Shown: piece after piece, positions 1 through 8,240 of the stretch
Layout of the letters: every line of letters starts with the position of its first letter
Position numbering within the stretch: position 1 is the stretch's first letter
Origin: an uncultured Ruminococcus sp.
GTDB lineage: Bacteria > Bacillota > Clostridia > Oscillospirales > CAG-382
Direction of reading: 5' to 3'
Length of the DNA stretch: 64,000 bases
NCBI GenBank assembly: GCA_964402515.1
Contig: CAYOCM010000002.1
Span: forward strand, 4,669-68,668
Program-made: the position numbers and the translations under genes
Notes under the pieces: model-generated
Told to the model about the DNA's origin: nothing
Database searches by the model: none
What the model saw: only the letters and a program-made list of their open reading frames with translations

Positions 1-63
1 CAAGGCGGTAAAAATAATTTTGCCGATATGACGCAAAAACACGCTGATTTTTTAAAATAACTG

Positions 64-92
64 TTGCAAAGTTTGCGCTTGTATGATATAAT
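64..92 (+). promoter_or_regulatory. sigma-A-type promoter for rplS
   Basis: TTGCAA (64-69), 17-nt spacer, TATAAT (87-92), with TG at 84-85 giving an extended -10. Confidence 0.6.
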
Positions 93-160
93 GTCCCGTA
101 AAAATATCGCGCGGTCCTCTGCGGCTCGGTATGAACGTGCGAAATAATAAGGAGGAGCTT

Positions 161-511
161 ATGAATACAAACGCAATTCTTAAAGCTTTTACAGACGAGC
201 AAGTGAAGAAAGAGACCCCCAAGTTTAACGTAGGCGACAGCGTCAAGGTTTACCAGCGCATCGTTGAGGGTACCCGCGAAAGAACACAGATCTTTGAGGG
301 CACCGTCATCGCCAAAAAGAACGGCGGCATCTCTGAGACCTTTACCGTGCGCCGTGTTTCGTTCGGCGTCGGCACCGAAAAGACTTTCCCGCTCCACAGC
401 CCCAACGTACAGGATGTCGTTGTGACTCGTCGCGGCAAGGTTCGCAGAGCAAAACTTTATTATCTGCGTTCCAGAGTCGGCAAGGCTGCCAAGGTCAAAG
501 AACAAATATAA
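161..511 (+). CDS. rplS: 50S ribosomal protein L19
   Basis: The translation contains [36 protein letters not shown]...[13 protein letters not shown], typical of bacterial L19. ATG 161 is preferred over the track start at 131 because GGAGGAG lies at 151-157. Confidence 0.95.
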   Translation: MNTNAILKAFTDEQVKKETPKFNVGDSVKVYQRIVEGTRERTQIFEGTVIAKKNGGISETFTVRRVSFGVGTEKTFPLHSPNVQDVVVTRRGKVRRAKLYYLRSRVGKAAKVKEQI

Positions 512-522
512 TTTCTTCGCTA

Positions 523-557
523 AAAAGTGTCTGTATCAAATCAGACACTTTTGTTCT
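523..557 (+). terminator. rho-independent terminator after rplS
   Basis: Stem AAAAGTGTCTG (523-533) pairs with CAGACACTTTT (542-552) around an 8-nt loop, followed by a T-rich tail. Confidence 0.65.
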
Positions 558-560
558 AAT

Positions 561-1286
561 ATGACATTTTGCGAGGCATCACTGATGAAATTCAACACAT
601 CGGATAATCTTGATATTATAAACACAGACGCACCGTGCGATAACGGCGATATGCCCGAGGCAGATCGCGAGGCGACCGCCGAAGCGCAAGCCGACACCGC
701 GCAAAGCGACGCCGTACAGGACGAAGATACAAAACAAAAAAAACAAAAAAGCGCATCGAATGTGTTTGAATATGTCGAAACCTTCTGTTTTGCGCTTGCC
801 GCAATGGTGCTTTTGTTTATGTTTGTCTTTAGGCTTGTTACGGTAGACGGCACGTCGATGTCCGAGACATTGGCACATAACGACAAACTTATAATAAGCA
901 ATATGTTTTATACCCCGCAAACCGGCGACATCGTTGTAATCAACAGATCGTCGGACGCAAAGCCGCTCATAAAACGCATCATTGCCACCGGCGGTCAGAC
1001 GGTAAAGATGGATTTTAAAAATTGGCAGGTATGGGTTGACGGAGTTTTGCTTGACGAAACCTATGTTACGTTGCGTCCCGATGCCGAGATGCGCACGGGT
1101 GTTTTTACCGACAAATATACAGACGGCGGCATATGCGAGTTTGTGGTCGATGATGATTGCATTTTTGCCATGGGCGATAACCGCAACAACTCGCTTGACA
1201 GCAGATATTACGGATTTTTCGAATGCCACGAGATAGTCGGCAGAGTGGTCTTGCGCCTGTCGCCGCGATTTGGGACGGTGGATTGA
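561..1286 (+). CDS. lepB: signal peptidase I (S26 family)
   Basis: Motifs GTSMSETL (catalytic Ser), LIKRIIA (catalytic Lys) and GDNRNNSLDSRYYG are present. An acidic N-terminal extension of about 70 aa precedes one TM helix. The exact start is uncertain. Confidence 0.85.
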   Translation: MTFCEASLMKFNTSDNLDIINTDAPCDNGDMPEADREATAEAQADTAQSDAVQDEDTKQKKQKSASNVFEYVETFCFALAAMVLLFMFVFRLVTVDGTSMSETLAHNDKLIISNMFYTPQTGDIVVINRSSDAKPLIKRIIATGGQTVKMDFKNWQVWVDGVLLDETYVTLRPDAEMRTGVFTDKYTDGGICEFVVDDDCIFAMGDNRNNSLDSRYYGFFECHEIVGRVVLRLSPRFGTVD

Positions 1287-2113
1287 TGGAACATATAGTT
1301 TGGTATCCCGGGCATATGGCAAAAGCAAAGCGTCTGATAGCCGAAACATTGCCGCAGATAGACGCGGTAATAGAACTTGCCGACGCGCGCGTGCCCGTTT
1401 CAAGCCGCAACCCCGATTTTGACAAACTGTTTTGCGGCAAGCCGCGGCTTTTGCTTTATACAAAGTCTTCGCTTGCCGATGCAAACGTGACAAAAAAACA
1501 TGCCGCGGCCGCCGACGCGATAGCCATCGACTGCAAAACAGGCAGCGGAATGCAAAACATTTCGCCCGCTTTAAAGTCTTTGATGTCCGAACGCCTTGAG
1601 CGCAACGCGCAAAAAGGTGTTACACGCGATATCAAAGTTATGGTCGCGGGCATAACCAATGTAGGCAAATCAACGTTTATCAATACTTTTTCCGGCACAA
1701 AAAAGGCAAAAGCCGAAGACCGCCCCGGCGTCACACGTTCAAACACTTGGATACCCACCGACAAGGGCGTCATAATGATGGATACCCCGGGGTTGCTATG
1801 GCATAAATTCGACGATCGCAGTGTTGCGATAAAACTTGCCTGTCTCGGCTCGATAAGAGACGATATATTGGATCAGCTTGAATTGGCAATCGAGTTGATT
1901 GCCATGCTCAGAATTAAATATCCCGAGCTTTTGTGTGCAAGATACAAGCTCGGCACCGTTGATGAAAGCGAAGACAACTATGACCTGTTTTGCCGCATAG
2001 CCAAAAAGCGCGGATTTATACGCAGCGGCGCCGAGGTGGATGAAGAACGTACCGCCGCCGTGCTGCTTGATGAATTCAGAGGCGGCAAAATAGGCAGAAT
2101 AACTCTCGATTGA
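1286..2113 (+). CDS. rbgA: ribosome biogenesis GTPase A (YlqF/RbgA)
   Basis: The protein starts MEHIVWYPGHMAKAKR and has a circularly permuted GTPase layout (DARVP...NVGKST...DTPG). ATG 1286 overlaps the lepB stop (TGATG). Confidence 0.9.
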   Translation: MEHIVWYPGHMAKAKRLIAETLPQIDAVIELADARVPVSSRNPDFDKLFCGKPRLLLYTKSSLADANVTKKHAAAADAIAIDCKTGSGMQNISPALKSLMSERLERNAQKGVTRDIKVMVAGITNVGKSTFINTFSGTKKAKAEDRPGVTRSNTWIPTDKGVIMMDTPGLLWHKFDDRSVAIKLACLGSIRDDILDQLELAIELIAMLRIKYPELLCARYKLGTVDESEDNYDLFCRIAKKRGFIRSGAEVDEERTAAVLLDEFRGGKIGRITLD

Positions 2114-2209
2114 CGCTTTTGATGCGCAATTAATGTTCATGTTGTTAATCATAATATAATTATAAATAACATCAAACAATATTAATATATTAAAGGAGGC
2201 TGTTTGGGT

Positions 2210-2842
2210 ATGATAGACTGGACGTTGCAGAGAACCTTTTATACAGATGAGGTAAACATCATCTGCGGCTGCGACGAAGCGGGCAGAGGGCCGTTGGCAG
2301 GCCCTGTTTTTGCCGCCGCCGTCATTCTGCCCAAAGATTGCCATATAGACGGCCTCGGCGATTCTAAGAAACTTTCCGAGCGCAAGCGCGACGAACTGTA
2401 TGACATCATCAGAGAGCGTGCGGTCGATTTTGCGATAGAGCGCGCCGATGTTGCCGAAATCGAAGCCGTAAACATTTTAAACGCGTCGATGCTTGCCATG
2501 CGCCGTGCGATAGAAGCATTGCGCACAAAACCCGACCTTGCGCTTATAGACGGCAATATTGTGCGAAATATTCCGGTCAATGCCATAGCCGTGGTCAAAG
2601 GCGACGGCAAAATACCGTCGATAGCGGCGGCATCAATACTTGCAAAAGTATCACGTGACAGATATTGCATCGAGATGGATCGCATATATCCGGGCTATGA
2701 TTTTGCAAAGCACAAAGGATATCCCACAAGAGAACACAAAGAAGCTATATTAAAATACGGTCCGTGCCCCGCGCACCGTATGAGCTTTTTAAAAAAGACG
2801 CTTTATGGCACCGACAACGATACAGTCAGGCAAAATTGGTGA
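2210..2842 (+). CDS. rnhB: ribonuclease HII
   Basis: Contains CGCDEAGRGPLAGPVFAAAVIL and a DSKKLSERKR motif. AAAGGAGG at 2192-2199 favours ATG 2210 over TTG 2204. Confidence 0.9.
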   Translation: MIDWTLQRTFYTDEVNIICGCDEAGRGPLAGPVFAAAVILPKDCHIDGLGDSKKLSERKRDELYDIIRERAVDFAIERADVAEIEAVNILNASMLAMRRAIEALRTKPDLALIDGNIVRNIPVNAIAVVKGDGKIPSIAAASILAKVSRDRYCIEMDRIYPGYDFAKHKGYPTREHKEAILKYGPCPAHRMSFLKKTLYGTDNDTVRQNW

Positions 2843-3224
2843 GGCGGCGGCCGAAAAGTTTTATCTGTCTCGGGGCTACACGATAATAGCACGCAATTAT
2901 TCGGTCAAAGGCGGCGAGATAGACCTGGTCGCTTTCAGGTGCGGAACATTGGTGTTTATCGAGGTAAAATCAAGGTCGTCAAACAAGTTCGGCGCGCCTT
3001 CCGATGCGGTGGATCAAAGCAAAATATATCATCTGCACACCGCGCAAAGGCAGTTTTTATATGATAATATGCGTGGCAAAAAATTGCCGATATATTCCAA
3101 GCTTTTAAAAGGCGAGATCTATCGACGCATATTTAAAATGCGTTGTGACATCGCCGAGGTGTATTTGGCCGAAAACAACAGGATAAATATTATAAAAAAC
3201 GCATTTGAGGTTGCAGAGATATGA
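2805..3224 (+). CDS. yraN: YraN family (UPF0102) endonuclease-like protein
   Basis: GEAAAEKFYLSRGYTIIARNYSVKGGEIDLVAF...VFIEVKSRSS matches the YraN pattern. The rnhB-yraN synteny is conserved in Firmicutes. Confidence 0.75.
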   Translation: MAPTTIQSGKIGEAAAEKFYLSRGYTIIARNYSVKGGEIDLVAFRCGTLVFIEVKSRSSNKFGAPSDAVDQSKIYHLHTAQRQFLYDNMRGKKLPIYSKLLKGEIYRRIFKMRCDIAEVYLAENNRINIIKNAFEVAEI

Positions 3225-4693
3225 TGTATTTGAGCACACGTAACAACGACCGCAAAAGATACACATCGGCAGAGGTCATCAAAAACGGCATTGCCGCCGA
3301 CGGTGGACTTTTTGTGCCCGAATGTATACCGTCGGTCTCGGTCGAAGAGATACGCGAAATGTGCCGAATGACTTATCCCGAAAGAGCGGCACGCATACTT
3401 TCGATGTTTTTGACCGACTATATGTATGACGAATTGCTTGACGCCGCAAAAAGCGCTTATTCGGCCGAATCGTTCGGCGAATACGCGGCGCCAGTTGCGG
3501 CGCTCGGCGGTAGCGATATGTATATTGTCGAATTGTGGCACGGCCCGACCGCGGCATTTAAAGACATGGCGTTGCAGATAATGCCGCACCTGCTGTCAAA
3601 AGCGCTTAAAATAACGGGCGAAAAGCGCGACGCGCTGATACTCGTTGCCACAAGCGGCGACACCGGCAAAGCGGCTCTCGAGGGATTTAAAAACGCAGAG
3701 CAGACAAAGATACATGTTTTTTATCCCTGCGACGGAGTATCCGAGATACAAAAACGTCAGATGGCGACAACCGAGGGTGCCAATGTTACGGTCACTGCCG
3801 TCAAAGGCAATTTTGACGATTGCCAGAGCGAGGTCAAAAAAATATTCGCAGACGCCGAAACGGCAAAGATCCTGTCCGATCGCGGCGTGTTTTTATCAAG
3901 TGCCAACTCGATAAACTGGGGCAGATTGGTTCCGCAGACCGTATATTATTTTTCGGCATATTGCGATATGGTTTCAAACGGTTGCATAGAGCTCGGCCAA
4001 AAAATCGATGTTGCGGTGCCTACCGGCAATTTCGGCAACATACTTGCATGCTATATGGCCAAAAAGATGGGCTTGCCGATAAGACGTTTGGTGTGCGCCT
4101 CTAACAAAAACAGAGTACTTACCGACTTTTTTGAGACCGGCGTTTACGACAGCCGCCGCAAATTTTATACCACCGCGTCGCCGTCAATGGATATATTGAT
4201 ATCGTCAAATCTCGAAAGACTTATTTATTTTGTTTCTGGTGCCGATAAAACCCGAGAATATATGCAAAAGCTCGCAAAAGACGGCTTTTTTGAGGTCGAT
4301 GCCGATACGATGGATGTGATAAGGCGCGATTTTTCGGCTTATTCCGCCGATGAAAAGCAATGTGCCGACGCCGTAAAATATTTGTTTGACATGTTCGGAT
4401 ATCTTTGCGATACGCATACCGCGGTTGCCGTGCACGCCGCAAAACTGCAAAAAAAAGACAAAACCGCCGTGCTTGTCGCATCGACGGCTTCGCCTTATAA
4501 GTTTGCGCCGGCCGTTTTGTCGGCGCTCGGTCAAACGGTTGACACAGAGCTTGACGCTCAAACCGAACTCGCAAGTCTTACACAAACCGATATTCCCGCA
4601 TGTCTGCGAGATGTCATGTCAAAGCCCATACGCTTTGACAGTGCCGCATCACGCGACGACATGCTGCGCGAGGTGCTTCAGCACACGGTCTGA
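3221..4693 (+). CDS. thrC: threonine synthase
   Basis: 490 aa with the PLP-lysine motif HGPTAAFKDMALQ and the ATSGDTGKAA loop. Confidence 0.9.
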   Translation: MMYLSTRNNDRKRYTSAEVIKNGIAADGGLFVPECIPSVSVEEIREMCRMTYPERAARILSMFLTDYMYDELLDAAKSAYSAESFGEYAAPVAALGGSDMYIVELWHGPTAAFKDMALQIMPHLLSKALKITGEKRDALILVATSGDTGKAALEGFKNAEQTKIHVFYPCDGVSEIQKRQMATTEGANVTVTAVKGNFDDCQSEVKKIFADAETAKILSDRGVFLSSANSINWGRLVPQTVYYFSAYCDMVSNGCIELGQKIDVAVPTGNFGNILACYMAKKMGLPIRRLVCASNKNRVLTDFFETGVYDSRRKFYTTASPSMDILISSNLERLIYFVSGADKTREYMQKLAKDGFFEVDADTMDVIRRDFSAYSADEKQCADAVKYLFDMFGYLCDTHTAVAVHAAKLQKKDKTAVLVASTASPYKFAPAVLSALGQTVDTELDAQTELASLTQTDIPACLRDVMSKPIRFDSAASRDDMLREVLQHTV

Positions 4694-4914
4694 CCGTCGC
4701 GCTTTTTAAACGTAGCGCATACCGTTTCGCGGCATGATTCCGCATCCGACGGCCCCACCGATATCGTTTTTGCGGTGCAGCCGCATTTTCCGTCATGATA
4801 AAGGCAGTTCCATACGGCGCAGTTAACGCCCTTGTTGCACTTGCATTTTTGTTCGCATTTTTTGTCATCAACAGACATAGATTCTTTACCGCACTTTCTT
4901 TGTTTTTTATGCAA
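4678..4914 (-). CDS. small Cys-rich DUF1540-like protein
   Basis: VNCAVWNCLYHDGKCGCTAKTISVGP resembles the DUF1540 repeat found in spore formers. The real start may be ATG 4878 (MSVDDKK). The 3' end overlaps thrC by 16 nt in convergent orientation. Confidence 0.6.
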   Translation of the reverse strand: MHKKQRKCGKESMSVDDKKCEQKCKCNKGVNCAVWNCLYHDGKCGCTAKTISVGPSDAESCRETVCATFKKRDGQTVC

Positions 4915-4968
4915 CGTTATTATTGCCGATAATGCGGCGATCTATTCCGCCGGAGGAGGGACAAAACA

Positions 4969-5658
4969 ATGTCGGTCTATTGTATATCCGATCTTCATCT
5001 GTCGTGCGGCGGCAAAAAGCCGATGGACATCTTCGGCGAAAAATGGCAATGCCATATGCAAAAACTAAAAAACGGTTTTGACGGCATACTCGCCGAAGAC
5101 ACCGTGGTGATACCGGGCGATCTCAGCTGGGGAGATTCGGCATCGGATGCGGCGGAAGATTTTAAATTTTTGGCATCATTGCCGGGCAAAAAAATATTGT
5201 GCAAAGGCAACCATGATTTTTGGTGGAGCACATTGCCCAAGATGAACCGCTTTGTAAAAGATATCGGCATAGATAATATATCATTTTTGCGCAATAATGC
5301 GTATATATGCGAAGATTTTGTCATCTGCGGCGCAAAAGGATATCTGCCGTGCGGCAAAGCGGACGACAAAAAATATTGCGAGCGCGAGGCTCTGCGACTG
5401 GAAATGTCGATTAAAGAGGGCATAAAACTCGACGGCGGCGAAAGCAGAGAAAAAGTTGTCTTTTTGCATTATCCTCCCGCATACGGTTTTCAAAAATGCG
5501 AGCAGATACTTGATATTATTTACAAATACCGCATAGGGCGTGTTTTTTACGGGCATATTCATTCGGTGTCGGCGGGTGCGCTGCATTCGTCGGCGGCAGG
5601 CGCCGAGCTGCGACTTGTTGCGGCGGACGCGCTTATGTTTAAACCACTTAAAATATGA
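4969..5658 (+). CDS. metallophosphoesterase family protein
   Basis: Contains the calcineurin-like motifs ISDLHL, PGDLSWG and GNHDFWW. RBS GGAGGAGGG lies upstream. Confidence 0.7.
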   Translation: MSVYCISDLHLSCGGKKPMDIFGEKWQCHMQKLKNGFDGILAEDTVVIPGDLSWGDSASDAAEDFKFLASLPGKKILCKGNHDFWWSTLPKMNRFVKDIGIDNISFLRNNAYICEDFVICGAKGYLPCGKADDKKYCEREALRLEMSIKEGIKLDGGESREKVVFLHYPPAYGFQKCEQILDIIYKYRIGRVFYGHIHSVSAGALHSSAAGAELRLVAADALMFKPLKI

Positions 5659-5674
5659 GAGGGAAAAATATAAA

Positions 5675-6505
5675 ATGTCTATAATCATCGGCATAGATGT
5701 CGGCGGCAGCACAACAAAAATAGTGGGCTTTGAGGGTGAAAAACCGCTTGAGCCGTTTTTGGTCAAAGCAAACGACCCGATAGCATCTCTTTACGGCGCC
5801 TTCGGCAGATTTACATCTGTAAACAACATTCCGTTGTCAAATATAAGCAAAATATATGTCACGGGCGCGGGCGGCAGTTTTGTCGACAGTTCGATATACG
5901 GCCTGCCCACCGAAAAAGTTGAAGAATTCGACGCCACCGGTCGAGGCGGACTTTATCTTTCAAAACTCGACGAAGCGATAGTGGTCAGCATGGGCACCGG
6001 CACGGCATTGGTATATGCCAAGCGCGGAAAGATATACGAGCATCTCGGCGGCACAGGCGTCGGCGGAGGCACTCTGATAGGCCTTTGCAAAAGACTGATG
6101 TCTTTGTCGGATGCCGATGCGATATCAGACCTGGCAAAAGACGGCGACCTGTCAAATGTCGATCTGCTTATAAAAGATATCTCGTGCGGCAACATTCCCA
6201 CGCTTGAGGCAAATGCCACGGCGTCAAATTTCGGCAGTTTATCAGAGCTTGCCACAAACGCCGACATAGCGCTCGGCGTGCTTAATATGATATTCGAGAC
6301 GGCAGGTGTGCTTGCCGTATTCGGCGCAAGGCTTAAAAAGCTCGACAAAATAGTGCTTACGGGCAATATTTCGGTGATACCGCAGGCAAGAGAAAGATTT
6401 GACATACTTGAAAAAATGTTCGGCGTCAGGTTTATTATACCCGATAATTCGGCATACGCCACGGTTATAGGCGCGGCTCTTGCGGGAAAGGATGTAGACA
6501 GATAA
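5675..6505 (+). CDS. coaW: type II pantothenate kinase (CoaW-like, ASKHA fold)
   Basis: GIDVGGSTTKIVGF, VSMGTGTALV and LGGTGVGGGTLIGL match the CoaW (fumble-type) motif set. ATG 5675 is preferred over the long track ORF, which overlaps the previous gene. Confidence 0.7.
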   Translation: MSIIIGIDVGGSTTKIVGFEGEKPLEPFLVKANDPIASLYGAFGRFTSVNNIPLSNISKIYVTGAGGSFVDSSIYGLPTEKVEEFDATGRGGLYLSKLDEAIVVSMGTGTALVYAKRGKIYEHLGGTGVGGGTLIGLCKRLMSLSDADAISDLAKDGDLSNVDLLIKDISCGNIPTLEANATASNFGSLSELATNADIALGVLNMIFETAGVLAVFGARLKKLDKIVLTGNISVIPQARERFDILEKMFGVRFIIPDNSAYATVIGAALAGKDVDR

Positions 6506-6907
6506 ATGGCAGAAAAAAATACGGCAAAAAGTTGGAATAAAAAAATATTTGCCATGTTGCTGCAACGCGCGCAGGGCGACCGAAGCACAAGGCAGTTTGC
6601 GCTAGAGTGCGATATCAGTTATGTGCAGATGCGCAAGCTGATAATGATGGAGCAAGAAAATCCGCCCAGGCCAAAACTTATCAAAAAAATAGCCGACCAC
6701 GCTTTCGGCGAGGTCGACTTGTCTGACTTGATGTTTGCCGCGGGAATTTCGCAGCAACAAAAACAGGCGCGAATTGACGGAGCCGACCAACTTATGCAAG
6801 TAGGCGTCGGCGTAAAATATCGCAGTCTTACCGTAAAAGAGCGCCGCAGTGTAGAAGAATATATCGACTATATCATATGGCGCAAAAGTTCGGACTTACA
6901 AAAATAG
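6506..6907 (+). CDS. helix-turn-helix (XRE-like) domain protein
   Basis: STRQFALECDISYVQMRKLIMMEQ is an HTH-like segment. The ATG directly abuts the coaW stop. The function call is weak. Confidence 0.5.
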   Translation: MAEKNTAKSWNKKIFAMLLQRAQGDRSTRQFALECDISYVQMRKLIMMEQENPPRPKLIKKIADHAFGEVDLSDLMFAAGISQQQKQARIDGADQLMQVGVGVKYRSLTVKERRSVEEYIDYIIWRKSSDLQK

Positions 6908-7174
6908 CATTGCCGCCACAAACAGCAATATCATATCGCTTGAGATGTCCGAATCCAAAAGCAGCAGTATGCCTATGGCTATTATAAGCAAGTCGTCTGT
7001 CTCAAGCCTTTTTAAAAAACTTAAGTCTATTAAGCTTTTTTTACCGGATTCCGCCGGCGGCGATACGGTTGAAACGGCGGGTTCCGATACCGTCTGTTCG
7101 GACCCAAACTGACCGTCATACGCGCTCGAATACATGCCGTCGGATTGCACTCCGCCATAATCGCGGCTATACAT
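6896..7174 (-). CDS. hypothetical small protein with an acidic-studded C-terminal hydrophobic helix
   Basis: GGAGG at 7187-7183 sits 8 nt before ATG 7174, while the track start at 7183 is a GTG inside that SD. The C-terminus reads DDLLIIAIGILLLLDSDISSDMILLFVAAMLFL. Confidence 0.5.
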   Translation of the reverse strand: MYSRDYGGVQSDGMYSSAYDGQFGSEQTVSEPAVSTVSPPAESGKKSLIDLSFLKRLETDDLLIIAIGILLLLDSDISSDMILLFVAAMLFL

Positions 7175-7448
7175 TTTTGCCACCTCCGAATCTGTCTATG
7201 GTCTGCACTACGGCAAGCGCCCTGATCAGCGCATCGACTTTTTGTTTTTTGCCGTCACGCATGACCGCTTTAAGCCCTGACAGCAACGCCATGCGCGGGT
7301 CTGGTTCCGAAGGTTGCTGCCGTGCAGGCTCGCCGTTTGCGGAGTCGGCACCGTTTTTGCCAAAGGATGACGCGATCTGCGATATTTTTGCCACCGACTC
7401 GGGGTTTGAAAGCAGTTCCGCGACCTTGGCGGCAAGATCGGCATCCAT
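7167..7448 (-). CDS. hypothetical small protein (93 aa)
   Basis: It has its own SD (AGAGG). ATG 7448 lies 1 nt after the upstream stop, and its stop TAG overlaps the next ATG (ATGTATAG). Confidence 0.5.
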   Translation of the reverse strand: MDADLAAKVAELLSNPESVAKISQIASSFGKNGADSANGEPARQQPSEPDPRMALLSGLKAVMRDGKKQKVDALIRALAVVQTIDRFGGGKNV

Positions 7449-7449
7449 A

Positions 7450-7695
7450 TCAGATACCTCTTAAAACGCGTGCTATCTCGTCGGCTTTGTCTTTGCCGAC
7501 ACTTTGCAAAAGTTTTTCGGCATCGGCGGCGCTCATGCTTGAAAACGCGTTTCGCAAATTTGCCGCATTGCTCTGCAACAGCGCCGCTTTGCCTTTGTCG
7601 GCTCCCGCCGCATCGCATATCGCGCCTATCAGCGACTTGAGCTCCTCGTCATTTAAAGCAAGCAGTCGGGCTTTGGTGTTTTCGTCAAAATTCAT
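7450..7695 (-). CDS. hypothetical small helical protein (81 aa)
   Basis: AGGAG lies 7 nt upstream of ATG 7695. The Ala/Lys/Leu-rich sequence contains no motif I recognise. Confidence 0.5.
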   Translation of the reverse strand: MNFDENTKARLLALNDEELKSLIGAICDAAGADKGKAALLQSNAANLRNAFSSMSAADAEKLLQSVGKDKADEIARVLRGI

Positions 7696-7745
7696 ATAAC
7701 GCTCCTTTATAAATGCAAAAATAATAATATCAAAAGGTGATCACA

Positions 7746-8240
7746 ATGTATAAATGCAGACCGGAATGCAATAAAAAATCGGCTTTTTTAACCGTCGCAC
7801 TGTCGGTTATCGTGTGCGGCGCTTGCTTTATAACATCGGTGTGCGTCGAATACTACGGAGGACTGATACAGCTTTTCGGCGTATTGCTGCTGACCGCCGC
7901 GATATTTGCCATATCGCGTTTTGTTTTGACGGATATGGAATATACGCTTACTCCCGACGAATTTTCGGCATCAAAAGTCTGGTCAAACCGCACACAAGGC
8001 GTTTGCTGCCTTGACCTTGATACCGCCGTCGCGTTAGTAGACAAAAAGACATTTAAGGCAGAATATGCCAAAAAAGTCAACATACGCTATAACTGCTGCC
8101 GCAACATAGGCGCAAAGTCATATTTTTATATATGCGAATTCAACGGCAAACTTGCCTCGATAGAGTTTGAACCAAACGCGCCGTTTTTAAAAATAATGAC
8201 AGATGCGGTCGAAAACAAAATATCTAAACGAGGCGACTGA
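7746..8240 (+). CDS. hypothetical membrane protein (2 TM plus a soluble C-terminal domain)
   Basis: There are two hydrophobic helices near the N-terminus. AAGGTGA precedes ATG 7746, and the track GTG 7737 lies inside that SD. Confidence 0.5.
   Translation: MYKCRPECNKKSAFLTVALSVIVCGACFITSVCVEYYGGLIQLFGVLLLTAAIFAISRFVLTDMEYTLTPDEFSASKVWSNRTQGVCCLDLDTAVALVDKKTFKAEYAKKVNIRYNCCRNIGAKSYFYICEFNGKLASIEFEPNAPFLKIMTDAVENKISKRGD

Noticed and set aside
1-60. Frame-1 open reading ...QGGKNNFADMTQKHADFLK* ending at position 60. By synteny it could be the 3' end of trmD upstream of rplS.
   Set aside because: Only 19 codons are visible and none is diagnostic, so I cannot support a call.
93-160. A 68-nt rplS 5' leader that might be an L19 autoregulatory leader RNA.
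   Set aside because: I could not fold a convincing conserved structure by eye. It needs a covariance-model search (Rfam L19_leader).
579-1493. A long 304-aa minus-strand ORF antisense to lepB/rbgA. Many similar shadow ORFs exist, for example 13943-14563(+), 14573-15352(+), 16103-16789(+), 23723-24370(+), 46378-47199(+), 52635-53363(+), 59072-59797(+), 60548-61162(-) and 62196-63059(-).
   Set aside because: Each lies fully inside a gene on the other strand that has strong family motifs. Their translations are Arg/Cys/Phe-rich and low in complexity, with no recognisable domains or RBS. They are typical antisense open frames.
4678-4914. A small Cys-rich ORF considered as a bacteriocin or RiPP precursor.
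   Set aside because: The Cys spacing matches the DUF1540 pattern common in spore formers, and no modification, transport or immunity genes are adjacent.
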